Source of the DNA: Acaryochloris marina MBIC11017
GTDB taxonomy: Bacteria; Cyanobacteriota; Cyanobacteriia; Thermosynechococcales; Thermosynechococcaceae
DNA length: 32,000 nt
Assembly: GCF_000018105.1 (NCBI RefSeq)
Contig: NC_009928.1
Span: 180,001-212,000 of the forward strand
Direction: 5' to 3'
The position numbers and the translations under genes are program-made. Shown in pieces: positions 16,087 to 25,218 of the stretch (positions are counted from its first letter, which is position 1; each line of letters opens with the position of its first letter). The notes below the pieces were generated by a model that saw nothing but the letters and a program-made list of their open reading frames with translations, was not told the origin of the DNA and made no database searches.

Positions 16087-16905
16087 ATGAAGCTAGCCTT
16101 TCAAGATGCCCCAGATGGCTTACTCTCTCTCTCTGCCACCAAACTCCTCACTTATAAACGATGTCCCCAGGCGTACAGCTTCAAGTACGAACGGGGTCTA
16201 ACCTCACCCTCAGCTTTTGGTTCTCCTAAATTTGGTAATGCCCTGCATGGTGCTCTGGCTGACATCTATCGGGATTGGAACTACGCTTATCCCCTTCCCT
16301 CTCTGGATTGGTTTGCCATTTGTTGGCAACAGCATACTGGAGAACTAAGCTCAACTCAAATCCATGAGGGCTGGATGGCCTTGCAGCTCTACTATGAAAG
16401 GTATATGGCTCCTCTCCCCCAGATCCGAAAACCGCTTGGTGTAGAGGGCAAAATCAAGGCTAACTTTCAAGTTAATAACATCGAATTCTCTCTTGCCGGT
16501 CACTATGACCGCCTGGATTACTTTGGGGATGGATTGGAGCTAATCGACTACAAAACGAGCAAAATAGTTAAACCATCGGACGGAATTGATTGGCAGCTCG
16601 GACTCTATAACCTCATTCTAGAACAGACCTATCACCAAGCACTTCAGCGCTTGAGCCTAATTTATCTTCGACAGGGCCAGAGAATCACTTATGACGTAAC
16701 CCCGGAACATCACCGGCAAGTCCGGGAGCTGATCGGGGACTTGGCAGTGAAGCTGAGGATAGATCAGGAGTGGGAGCCAGAAGTGGGAGGACATTGCGTT
16801 CGCTGTGGGTATCAAAAATATTGCCCTGCGAAGTCAGAGAAGCTAGAGCCTATACCGGAAGGGGCTAAGGAGGGGCGGCAAATGCAGTTAGTTTTGGGTC
16901 TTTAA
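16087..16905 (+). CDS. PD-(D/E)XK nuclease, Cas4/RecB-like, with a four-Cys cluster
   Basis: Motifs: LSATKLLTYKRCPQAY, GNALHGAL, HYDRLDY, LELIDYKTSK, QLGLYNL and a C-terminal CVRCGYQKYC (C...CxxCx5C pattern). I chose the start at 16087 by homology with the paralog at the window end; the track start is 16063. Confidence 0.85.
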   Translation: MKLAFQDAPDGLLSLSATKLLTYKRCPQAYSFKYERGLTSPSAFGSPKFGNALHGALADIYRDWNYAYPLPSLDWFAICWQQHTGELSSTQIHEGWMALQLYYERYMAPLPQIRKPLGVEGKIKANFQVNNIEFSLAGHYDRLDYFGDGLELIDYKTSKIVKPSDGIDWQLGLYNLILEQTYHQALQRLSLIYLRQGQRITYDVTPEHHRQVRELIGDLAVKLRIDQEWEPEVGGHCVRCGYQKYCPAKSEKLEPIPEGAKEGRQMQLVLGL

Positions 16906-17229
16906 ATCCCAGAAGTATTTTTGGTATGCAACGATAAAGCTGTTGATAGGACCAATCTGCAGCTTTAATCATTGGGCAGTGGGTTGCTTCAGACAGGCTT
17001 TCCTTTCTTATTCTTGGAATAATCGATGAGTCTAAACTCCAATAGGGTGAAAATACTGTTAGTGGGTCTATCTCACTGCCTAATGGCTAGGATGGCGTTA
17101 AAGCCTTGATGCTAAAAGATTTGGAGGATTGGGGTTCCTGATCGTTGGAGGGAGAGAGACTAGGCAACACTACTGATTAGAACACCAATGGGGAGGATTC
17201 TAAAACATCCGTGTGATGAATGATAAGGA

Positions 17230-17454
17230 AACCTGTCTTCTCAATTGATAACCATCCACGTAAGAGCAATGAGATGACGTAGATCTCGGTAATGGCTGTA
17301 TTGACGCAGAAAGGAGAAAAGTTGACTATAAATTGTAGTGGAGTTAGACATGTGGGCAAAGCTGATTTTTGGTTGAATCTAGCTTCATATGTCCTCTCCA
17401 CCTTTTTTCCGAAAGTTACTTAGAAAAGGGCTTTGAGGTACTTATGTCAGGCAG
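17230..17454 (-). mobile_element. Fragment (end plus first ~40 codons) of a second IS4-family copy
   Basis: About 80% identical by eye to 10840-11047, and ends with the same CTTATGTCAGGCAG. The ATG at 17351 gives MSNSTTIYSQLFSFLRQYSHYRDLRHLIALTWM. Confidence 0.75.
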
Positions 17455-17459
17455 GCAGG

Positions 17460-17537
17460 GGTAAATCTGCGATCGATATTGCTCAACAAAAAGGGGATCC
17501 TGAAATAATAAAGTTACTGTTACAGGGAATAAGTTAG
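17460..17537 (+). pseudogene. 3' remnant of an ankyrin-repeat gene, cut by the IS4 fragment
   Basis: Reads GKSAIDIAQQKGDPEIIKLLLQGIS-stop, which fits the ankyrin consensus G.TAL.lA...G..eivklLl. It starts right at the IS end. Confidence 0.4.
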
Positions 17538-18124
17538 ATTTAAGTAAGGAATCTGTCTGTCCAAAATTTTCAGGGGTGGTTAACCAAGTTCTCTAAAATT
17601 GCCATTATGCATCCTGAACTTTGTCTTTTTTTATTAAGCAGCTTGGAATATTTCTTCGAGTTCACTAGCGCCTTGGATGAACTTCATTCTTCGATTAGAT
17701 AAAGATACGAATTCTCCCATTCAGCTCAGAGACATCAGGCAACTTCCCAAGTCGTTTATTAGAGTGCCTTTCAATATGTTTTGCAAAGGGTACGGAAACA
17801 GCCGATGACTTACGCTAAACCAGATCTTCTCAATTCTCAATAGCTAGATCTTCCTGTCCGCACCTGGATTAAATCTACGGATTTTCTATGCTTTCCCCCC
17901 TTTGCATGCTCTTATTGACTGAAAGAGCATGTAGAATCAATCCATTAAACAGGATCGGTAGGGATAAGCCAGGGGACTATCCTCGGATCAGTGAAGGGTT
18001 TTTGCTGGTAATCCTGTGATACCGTTGCTGCAGCCTGAGTCATTACGATCAATCTTGATTCAAAAGATGTAATTATCTGGCCGTTTATCAGTACTATTGT
18101 ATTATTCACGATAGTTGAATCGTT

Positions 18125-18622
18125 ATGGTGAAATATACCCTTAAAGAAGAACCTGAAACTGTCATTGAAATTCCAGGAAAAGACTCCAAGAAGACCCGCT
18201 CAAAAGCAATGGAGCAATTAGTGGAGATGATGGATAATGGACAACTGAAAACAACTCTTGACAGAGGATTTGGGCTGAATGATTTTATTGAGGTTCAAGA
18301 AAAATCTCATAATGAACCTTCAGCAGAGGAAGATGAGGTCGCTCAAGCAGTACAAGTATTGAATCGTCTGGCATCCTTAAAGCTGAAACTGCAAGATACG
18401 CAACAAGATGCATTGGAAATTCGAGCAATTGTAGATTTGCTGTTTACTGATTCCCCTATCTCTGAGGAAGATGTGCATAGACTAAAACAAGGCTTTAAAC
18501 TTCTCAAGAAATTTGCTCAAGCTAACATTCAATATCGTGAAGCTCGTTCTCAAGCGGAGGCTGCTAGGGCTATTCTCGACCAGGCTTTGCAATCTGAATT
18601 ACCTGCATCACAAGAATCTTAG
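18125..18622 (+). CDS. Hypothetical acidic, probably helical protein (165 aa)
   Basis: ATG ORF. No motif recognised. Confidence 0.55.
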   Translation: MVKYTLKEEPETVIEIPGKDSKKTRSKAMEQLVEMMDNGQLKTTLDRGFGLNDFIEVQEKSHNEPSAEEDEVAQAVQVLNRLASLKLKLQDTQQDALEIRAIVDLLFTDSPISEEDVHRLKQGFKLLKKFAQANIQYREARSQAEAARAILDQALQSELPASQES

Positions 18623-18753
18623 AAGAGCCGGGTCTAATTGTGGCCTGACGAAGAGTAGTAATGCTTTTCTAGAATATATCCGTAACGCCTTTCAGGATCA
18701 CTCCTCAACTTAGACTTTGAGAATCCTAAAGGAGATCTAACGTCTTTAATTCA

Positions 18754-18924
18754 ATGATTTATATACTGACATTTATGATCCTTGCTTCTTTAGTAGGCTC
18801 CACGTTCTACAGGCTACTGCCCAAGCCTAAAAGAAAACTTGAAGCTGAAAGAACTTCACAGCAGGACGATAAAAAGGGTGTAACTTCCGAGCAACCAGTC
18901 AGTTCCTCACCACAAGATCAGTAG
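18754..18924 (+). CDS. Possible small membrane protein (56 aa), below the ORF-track cutoff
   Basis: MIYILTFMILASLVGSTFYRLLPKPKRKLEAERTSQQDDKKGVTSEQPVSSSPQDQ, a hydrophobic N-terminus followed by a charged tail. It fills the gap between two plus-strand genes. Confidence 0.35.
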   Translation: MIYILTFMILASLVGSTFYRLLPKPKRKLEAERTSQQDDKKGVTSEQPVSSSPQDQ

Positions 18925-18973
18925 TTGAGATGTATCAAAAAAAGGTTTCCTCTGATCAGCGTACAGGACAGCC

Positions 18974-19558
18974 ATGAGTGAACCCCTACCCTCCTTAACC
19001 GTCAATCGCTCCTTCATGGAAGAATTCATTGAAGCGGAGAAACCCTGCTGTGGTTTGGGAATGGTGGAAGTTGAGGATCAACAATGTGGATTTGTGGCCC
19101 TACGACCGGAGCAGATGATTCCCCCAAGCGTGACGGATCTGGGTTTCAATTTTGGACATACAATTTTCGGAACCAGCACCTATGAAGTGATTCACTTCGC
19201 CTTTGAATTCTACGGTTTCAAAACCTTCAACATTCTCATCAACCCCAATAATGCAATTGCTCAGGCAGTTTTGGAACAGATGATTGAGAGTGGCGATTTT
19301 TTCTTCTTTGCTATTGATGAACAGACGGGGATTGCCACTGCCTTTCGCAGTGAGATTGATAATGACACCTTGCATAGTCTGGTAGAAAACTGGGAGCGGA
19401 TTCAGCACTCCAGCACGACGGAAGACCAATACTATCAGGTGATGCTGAAGTTTGCAGCGAACCCACACCCTCCAGGAATTCTCCTTAAATGGGTGTGCAA
19501 GACTAATGTCGAGTATTTGGATTTGAGCGAGGATACGATGGATTTGACACCCGTATAG
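18974..19558 (+). CDS. Hypothetical protein (194 aa)
   Basis: The ATG is preceded by AGGA. No motif recognised. Confidence 0.6.
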   Translation: MSEPLPSLTVNRSFMEEFIEAEKPCCGLGMVEVEDQQCGFVALRPEQMIPPSVTDLGFNFGHTIFGTSTYEVIHFAFEFYGFKTFNILINPNNAIAQAVLEQMIESGDFFFFAIDEQTGIATAFRSEIDNDTLHSLVENWERIQHSSTTEDQYYQVMLKFAANPHPPGILLKWVCKTNVEYLDLSEDTMDLTPV

Positions 19559-19716
19559 TTACTTGATTCTTAAATTATTGACAGGGGTTCATCCCCATTC
19601 GCTTATTAGGTAGAGAAAGAGAATACAAGCCATGGGTAAAACCAACGGTATACCCAGACCAACCCCAAAATTAGTCACTCATAAAGATTTTTCATACGAA
19701 CCAGCGGAGAGGATTT

Positions 19717-20361
19717 ATGGCAACACTCGATCTTGAGAATCAGCTGGTCACCGTTATTATCCTATTCAAAGTTAAGGACGGACGGCAAGCAGCCGTAATT
19801 GAGAAGGTAAAGGATCTCTTTAAGATCGCCAAAAAGCAGCCAGGATTTGTATCTGCTAACCTTCATCGTAGTCTAGACGGTCTCAAGGTCGCCAACTATG
19901 CTCAATGGGAAAATGAAACAGTTCTAGAAGCTTTCAGAAATTTACCTCAAACGCAGGCCCTTGCGGCTCCTCTTCAAGACTAGGTTGAAGAAGCTGATTC
20001 ACATCTATATGAAATCGTAGCTTCTGAATCAAAGATAGGAATCCCGCAAATCAACGCCGGAGAATATTTTGTTCACTTTGCTGAATTTCGGATGCCGGCA
20101 AAAAACCAACCCCGAATGGTCGAGCTGGCCAAAGAGCATGTAGGGCCAGCCATGTCGTTAGAAGGGTTAGTTTCTGCAAATTTCCATCGGTCTCTAGACG
20201 GAGAGCGGGTGATTAACTACGGTCAATGGGAAAACGAAGACGCGATCACGAAGTTAACTCAACGGCCTGGGTTCGGCAAGGAAGATGGCCACTGGACAGG
20301 CTTGGCTGAAAATGAGTTTCATCTTTATGAGGTTGTTCTAGTTGAACCTGATGTTACTTAG
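19717..20361 (+). pseudogene. Tandem ABM (antibiotic-biosynthesis-monooxygenase/Dabb-like) domain gene interrupted by an in-frame TAG
   Basis: ORFs 19717-19983 and 20092-20361 are in the same frame, and the frame stays open from 19984. The repeated motifs are FVSANLHRSLDGLKVANYAQWENE and LVSANFHRSLDGERVINYGQWENE. TAG at 19981-19983 falls inside domain 1, before ADSHLYEIV. Confidence 0.75.
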
Positions 20362-20668
20362 ATGTATGGATTAATGATCATGGACTTTTAATTACGCCAT
20401 GCCTCCAGAGTTGACAGACCCACAATTTCAAATCTTTAGCCATCCCCCGATTCATCCGCAGATCATCTGGAGTCTCGACGTAAATCTTTAAGTCCAGATG
20501 TTCTAGAAATTGGGTCAGTGTCAGCACAATCTCCCCCTAGACAATGGTGATCGGATGGGGATGGACCTGAATCACTAGATAAAGTTGGAAAATCTTCACA
20601 CAATACTCAGGTTCGACCTCTAAGCTCGATGTTGAGAGCAAACGATTCCCACCGACTGGAGTATTCAA

Positions 20669-21007
20669 GTGATTAAAAAAACAATTCCAAGTAGTTTAGA
20701 AACAAGAGCATCAAAAGCCTCAGATAAGAATGATGATTTATGTTCAGGTTGGTGGTTAGAGGTGGGTACTGCAAATCCTCCCTGTATAGATTTCTATGGG
20801 CCTTTTGAAGGCAAAGCTGAGGCTGAGGTTGCAAAACTGGAATATGTCCAAAAATCTACTAAAACATCTCAAATCGTTTTTTCTCACAGCAAATTTTGCC
20901 AGCCACGTCAGCGCACACTGACAGAGAAAGACTTCACCATTCAAGATTTGGAAGATTGCCCGCCCACATTTTTCAAAGCCGTCTTAGGTGGCCATCGCAT
21001 TTATTAA
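20669..21007 (+). CDS. DUF1816-like protein (family recalled from memory)
   Basis: Contains WWLEVGTANPPCIDFYGPFEGKAEAEVAKLEYVQ, paralogous to 22778-23035. The GTG start is preceded by GGAG. Confidence 0.6.
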   Translation: MIKKTIPSSLETRASKASDKNDDLCSGWWLEVGTANPPCIDFYGPFEGKAEAEVAKLEYVQKSTKTSQIVFSHSKFCQPRQRTLTEKDFTIQDLEDCPPTFFKAVLGGHRIY

Positions 21008-21336
21008 ACAAATAAGTTAGGGATCTGTAACTTTGACATATTCCAAGGACTTCCAGGTTTGCGAACATTTTAGGAGTATTTCTCTGCCATTCTGCTTTGA
21101 CTCCCACTTCTTCGTTAGAAAAGTCCATGTTAGCTATGCAGCAAGTAAATCAGATCTTTCATAAGGTCACTGCTGATTCAGTCAGATGTGGAGCGCTAAC
21201 TATATTCGCTGTGGCACCAGAACTATTCATCGGTGTGACGTGATGCCACTCACCCCATCAATTGCTTTAAAAAACGATGAAGAAGGTAGCAAAATCCTCT
21301 AAGAGTCTAAAATTTCTGATAACGGATATTGGTGTT

Positions 21337-22032
21337 ATGAAGCTTAACTGGTTTAAATTTCTACCCCTGTCAGCATGTCTATTACTCTGTATTTTTCCGC
21401 GAAACGCAATGGCTCTTGAATCTCATGATGAAGTGCAAGAATCAACTAAAGTGTTTACGGAAATCAATCGCGAACCTAAAACTCGGATCCCCTCAAGTCT
21501 CCTACAACGTAGTCAAGCGATCGCCATTCTTACCAATGTCACCCAAGGGGGATTCATCTTTGGAGTTCGACGGGGCGATGGCGTCATCCTCATTCGCAAG
21601 CCGAATGGTGGTTGGAGTAATCCAGCCTTTATTACGATTACGGGAGGTAGTTTTGGTCTACAAGCAGGTGCTAGATCCAGTGATGTCATCCTGGTCTTTC
21701 CCAGTCAAACTGCGCTAAAGACTGTGCTTTCTGGGGCATTTGAATTTGGAGGGAGCGTCTCGGGAACTGCAGGACCTGTGGGAGAACAACCCGTTGAGTC
21801 TTTGGAAGGATTCAATGGGGATAAAGTCTATACCTACTCCCGCAGTGAAGGGCTCTTTGGCGGGGTGACTCTGGAAGGCTCCGATCTAGATGATGATGAC
21901 GGTCTGAACAAGGAATTTTATGGGCAGCCTATTACTGCTACTCAAATTTTCCAGCGGTCCTCTATGCAGGCACCTGTAGTTGTTGACTCACTGAAACAGG
22001 TTCTTCAACAAGCTGAAGCTGGGATTCGTTGA
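21337..22032 (+). CDS. SYLF (Ysc84/DUF500) lipid-binding-domain protein with a signal peptide
   Basis: Signal peptide MKLNWFKFLPLSACLLLCIFPRNAMA, then AIAILTNVTQGGFIFGVRRGDGVILIR..GGWSNPAFITITGGSFGLQAGA...YTYSRSEGLFGGVTLEGS. The track start is 21277. Confidence 0.8.
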   Translation: MKLNWFKFLPLSACLLLCIFPRNAMALESHDEVQESTKVFTEINREPKTRIPSSLLQRSQAIAILTNVTQGGFIFGVRRGDGVILIRKPNGGWSNPAFITITGGSFGLQAGARSSDVILVFPSQTALKTVLSGAFEFGGSVSGTAGPVGEQPVESLEGFNGDKVYTYSRSEGLFGGVTLEGSDLDDDDGLNKEFYGQPITATQIFQRSSMQAPVVVDSLKQVLQQAEAGIR

Positions 22033-22075
22033 CCATCACTCAAGCTCAGTATTTAAGATATTGGGGGTTCGAGTC

Positions 22076-22732
22076 ATGATGCCACTTCTCCGTAATCGTG
22101 CCGATGCTGGTCAACAGTTAGCAACTCAATTAACTCACTATGTAAACCAATCCAATGTTTTGGTAATTGCCTTACCTCGGGGAGGTGTCCCCGTTGCTTT
22201 TGAGATAGCAAAGGAACTCAATGCACCTTTAGATCTCTGCCTAGTGCGTAAGTTAGGTGTCCCTGGCATGAACGAGCTGGCAATGGGAGCAATAACTTCA
22301 GATGGGGTAATACTGTTGAATGATGAGGTTGTCAGTGAACTAGATATTTCTCCTCAGATTATTGAGCAAGTGGCAACCAATGAGATGCGAGAATTATGCC
22401 GCCAAGCTTATCTTTATCAAGATGATCGTCCACCATCCCGTATTCATGATCATATCCTTATTCTTGTTGATGATGGGATAGCTACAGCTACAACGATTCG
22501 AGCTGCTATTGTCATGCTTCAGAAGCAGCAGCCTTGTCAAATCGTTGTAGCTGCTCCAGTGATTAAAGCAGGGACTTATGAAACATTGAAAACCGAAGTG
22601 GAAGAAGTGGTGTTTCTGATAAACCCAAAGCCTTTGTACTCGATAGGCTTCTGGTATGAAGACTTTTCTCAAACATCTGATGAAGAGTTGAAACAGTTGT
22701 TAGCTATTAAATATCGATCCAAGTATCGTTAA
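22076..22732 (+). CDS. Type I phosphoribosyltransferase-family protein
   Basis: Contains ALPRGGVPVAFEIA and the PRPP-binding loop ILILVDDGIATATTIRAA. The ATG at 22076 follows GGGGG. Confidence 0.8.
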   Translation: MMPLLRNRADAGQQLATQLTHYVNQSNVLVIALPRGGVPVAFEIAKELNAPLDLCLVRKLGVPGMNELAMGAITSDGVILLNDEVVSELDISPQIIEQVATNEMRELCRQAYLYQDDRPPSRIHDHILILVDDGIATATTIRAAIVMLQKQQPCQIVVAAPVIKAGTYETLKTEVEEVVFLINPKPLYSIGFWYEDFSQTSDEELKQLLAIKYRSKYR

Positions 22733-22777
22733 AAAGCGTTACTACGTAGTATCTGAAGTTCTGCCACTCCTAGAAAG

Positions 22778-23035
22778 TCAGCACGAATACTCCATCTCAT
22801 TGCAAATGGTCAAATGGGGTGGATGACAACGCTGAATATGGGCAACTATGTTCTGAGCCTGTTCTGCTTCTAAATCTTCTACATACCCAAACAATGCCGC
22901 TTCTGCTTCCTTGCGAATCAGAAAGGGACCAAAAAAATAAGTACATATCGGAGATAACGTTTTGATTTCAACCCACCAGGCTAGACCCAGGTGATTCGAT
23001 AGATCAGCCAGGAAACTTAATAGAGTAGCCATCAT
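22778..23035 (-). CDS. DUF1816-like protein
   Basis: Contains WWVEIKTLSPICTYFFGPFLIRKEAEAALFGYVEDLEAEQAQ. Confidence 0.65.
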   Translation of the reverse strand: MMATLLSFLADLSNHLGLAWWVEIKTLSPICTYFFGPFLIRKEAEAALFGYVEDLEAEQAQNIVAHIQRCHPPHLTICNEMEYSC

Positions 23036-23121
23036 ATTTGTAGGGGTGTAATTTACAAATTACTCTTTATCATTCATTCGTCAAGACTAGAAGGAAAACT
23101 TGAGAATTATGTGAGGACTAA

Positions 23122-24018
23122 GAGGTTGTTTGAGAAGTTAGGGAAGCTCTCAAGAGAGTAATCTGTCAATGTAGAAATTTCGACAGGGCCTTGAGAGCAA
23201 TGCCTACAGCTTACGCTAGCGACCTAACAGCAGAGCAATGGGAATTACTCGAGCCCCTGATTCCCGCTGCTAAACCTGGAGGTAGACCTCGCACCACTGA
23301 TATGCTCAGTGTTCTCAATGCCATTTTTTATCTCGTGGTTACGGGTTGTCAGTGGAGACAGCTACCTCATGATTTTCCCTGTTGGTCAACGGTCTATAGC
23401 TATTTTCGAAGGTGGCGCGATGATGGGACTTGGAGTCAAATCAATGAACATCTACGCATGCAAGTGCGGGTGAGTGAAGACCGTCATCCCAGTCCCAGTG
23501 CCGCTATCTGCGATGCTCAATCGGTCAAAGTCGGCAATCCTCGGTGTCACTTGATTGGGTTTGATGGTGGAAAACAGATTAAGGGGCGTAAACGTCATGT
23601 GCTCGTTGATACTTTAGGGCTGGTTCTGATGGTGATAGTCACTGCTGCCAATATCTCTGACCAACGAGGGGCCAAAATACTGTTTTGGAAAGCTCGACGC
23701 CAAGGTGCGAGTTTGTCCCGTCTAGTTCGGATATGGGCCGATGCTGGCTATCAAGGACAAGCTTTGATGAAGTGGGTAATGGACCGTTTTCAATATGTCT
23801 TGGAAGTGATCAAACGCTCAGATCATCTAGCGGGGTTTCAGGTTATTCCCAAACGATGGATTGTAGAACGGACGTTTGGGTGGTTACTGTGGTCTCGCCG
23901 ACTTAATAAAGATTATGAGGTTTTGACCAGAACAGCTGAAGCCCTTGTTTATGTGGCAATGATTCGACTGATGCTTCGAAGGCTGGCGCAGGAGTACTAA
24001 AACTTCTCAAACAGCCTC
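23122..24018 (+). mobile_element. Intact IS5-family insertion sequence with a TAA target duplication
   Basis: The inverted repeats GAGGTTGTTTGAGAAGTT (23122-) and AACTTCTCAAACAGCCTC (-24018) are each flanked by TAA (23119-23121 and 24019-24021). Confidence 0.85.
23200..24000 (+). CDS. IS5-family DDE transposase
   Basis: Contains MPTAYASDLTAEQWELLEPLIP...GRPR...CQWRQLPHDFP..STVYSYFRRWRDDGTW...DAGYQGQ...KRWIVERTFGWL. The frame is uninterrupted. Confidence 0.9.
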   Translation: MPTAYASDLTAEQWELLEPLIPAAKPGGRPRTTDMLSVLNAIFYLVVTGCQWRQLPHDFPCWSTVYSYFRRWRDDGTWSQINEHLRMQVRVSEDRHPSPSAAICDAQSVKVGNPRCHLIGFDGGKQIKGRKRHVLVDTLGLVLMVIVTAANISDQRGAKILFWKARRQGASLSRLVRIWADAGYQGQALMKWVMDRFQYVLEVIKRSDHLAGFQVIPKRWIVERTFGWLLWSRRLNKDYEVLTRTAEALVYVAMIRLMLRRLAQEY

Positions 24019-24062
24019 TAAGATCGTTCCGACAAAATTTAGCTAAGGCTCTTAACTTCCTA

Positions 24063-24323
24063 AAGCTTCCAGGAATTCCTAATTATGTATGACATGGATA
24101 GCCTTGTCGAGTGACTAGACCTCAGTCGCTTCAGATGATCGATCATCAGTCCCGTGTTCAGGGCTTCTGGTAGATCATAGTTGCCTCAGGGAATGTAGCG
24201 GTAATAGCGATCGTGACTGATGAGCAAGGCACGACCATTGCATCTATCAGCTAAAGCTTTAGCCAAGGTGGTCTTGCCTGCGCCACTACCACCAGCGATG
24301 CCAATGATTATGGATTTGGTCAT
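24063..24323 (-). pseudogene. udk: Uridine kinase/P-loop kinase N-terminal relic
   Basis: MTKSIIIGIAGGSGAGKTTLAKALADRCNGRALLISHDRYYRYIP, then TGA at 24186-24188, then GNYDLPEALNTGLMIDHLKRL.... It has a Walker A motif and the D.YY..NfDhP pattern, and is truncated next to the IS5 element. Confidence 0.65.
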
Positions 24324-24509
24324 GGCTCTGTTATATCTCCGGACAAAATTACGGTTCTTATACCAAGATTATTTACGAGAAACCCTTCGAAGAACTACTT
24401 TTCGCAAAACTGTGAGTATACTCTGAGGAGTCTACTCACAGCTCACCAAGTGTTTAGTGATGATTAGTCGTGCCACCAAAACAGGATCAATATGAAAATT
24501 TTTTATTTG

Positions 24510-24554
24510 ACTTTACATTCATCGCATAAACTCAGTATTTGATGAATGTAAAGT
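24510..24554. promoter_or_regulatory. 14-bp inverted repeat upstream of parA (candidate operator or centromere-like site)
   Basis: ACTTTACATTCATC (24510-24523), 17-nt spacer, GATGAATGTAAAGT (24541-24554), 68 bp upstream of the parA ATG. Confidence 0.4.
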
Positions 24555-24621
24555 ACTGATGCGCTAATTAAAACTTGAGGATAATCAGCTAGTTCAAAGA
24601 GTTATTTGAGTAAACGAGTAT

Positions 24622-25218
24622 ATGGCAATTATCACTGTCACAGGAAATAAAGGTGGCGTAGGAAAAAGTACTACTGCCGTTCATCTGGCGACTTATCTTA
24701 GCGATTTTGGTCAAACTCTGTTAGTCGATGGAGATCCTAATCGAACAGCTATTAAGTGGGCTGAACGTGGATCACTCCCATTCAAAGTTGCTGATGAACG
24801 TCAAGCTGTTAAGCTCGCTAGGGAAGTTGAGCATGTGGTTTTTGATACTCCTGCAAGACCTGAATCAAATGATTTGCTTGAGCTTGCCAAGGGATGTGAT
24901 CTACTTATTCTTCCTACTACGCCTGATCTAGTGAGTCTAGAGCCAATGCTTGAGACGGCAGCAGTACTTAACACTACAAATTACTTTTTCCTTATAACCA
25001 TTGTCCCGTCCTACCCCAGTAAAAGAGGCGAAGACATGAAAAATGATCTAAGAACAGGAAAAATACCAGTATTCAACACAACAGTTAGAATGTCTGATGG
25101 GTTTAAAACGGCAGCAGAAGAAGGAGTACCTGTAAGGCAAGTGAAAGACTCTCGGAAACGAGCTGCTTGGAAAGATTATGAAGCACTTGGTAGTGAAATC
25201 ATGGAGTTACTGAGTTGA
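24622..25218 (+). CDS. parA: ParA/Soj-family partition ATPase
   Basis: Deviant Walker A, MAIITVTGNKGGVGKSTTAVHLA. 198 aa. Its stop overlaps the parB start. Confidence 0.9.
   Translation: MAIITVTGNKGGVGKSTTAVHLATYLSDFGQTLLVDGDPNRTAIKWAERGSLPFKVADERQAVKLAREVEHVVFDTPARPESNDLLELAKGCDLLILPTTPDLVSLEPMLETAAVLNTTNYFFLITIVPSYPSKRGEDMKNDLRTGKIPVFNTTVRMSDGFKTAAEEGVPVRQVKDSRKRAAWKDYEALGSEIMELLS

Noticed and set aside
17177-17401. 74-aa minus-strand ORF.
   Set aside because: It is an out-of-frame reading of the IS4 end fragment. The homologous frame starts at ATG 17351 and is truncated.
2085-19983. Possible TAG recoding or suppression. Four otherwise intact-looking frames carry in-frame TAG (2085, 4908, 7687, 19981).
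   Set aside because: Three of the four lie in obviously decaying IS or duplicate genes. Other lesions use TAA (IS1 insB) and TGA (udk relic). TAG also serves as a normal stop, for example at 785-787 and 30905-30907. No suppressor tRNA or Pyl genes were seen. Ordinary nonsense mutations are the simpler explanation.
20362-20668. Minus-strand reading with protein-like stretches (..LTLTQFLEHLDLKIYVETPDDL..) that suggests a decayed gene.
   Set aside because: It is interrupted by stops, has no recognisable family and has no start. It is too weak to call.
22061-22080. GGTTCGAGTC, which resembles a tRNA T-loop.
   Set aside because: The flanking bases cannot form T, anticodon or acceptor stems, and the motif lies in the RBS/start region of the PRTase gene.
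24220-24426. 68-aa plus-strand ORF.
   Set aside because: It is antisense to the clear P-loop kinase relic: the minus strand reads MTKSIIIGIAGGSGAGKTTLAKAL.
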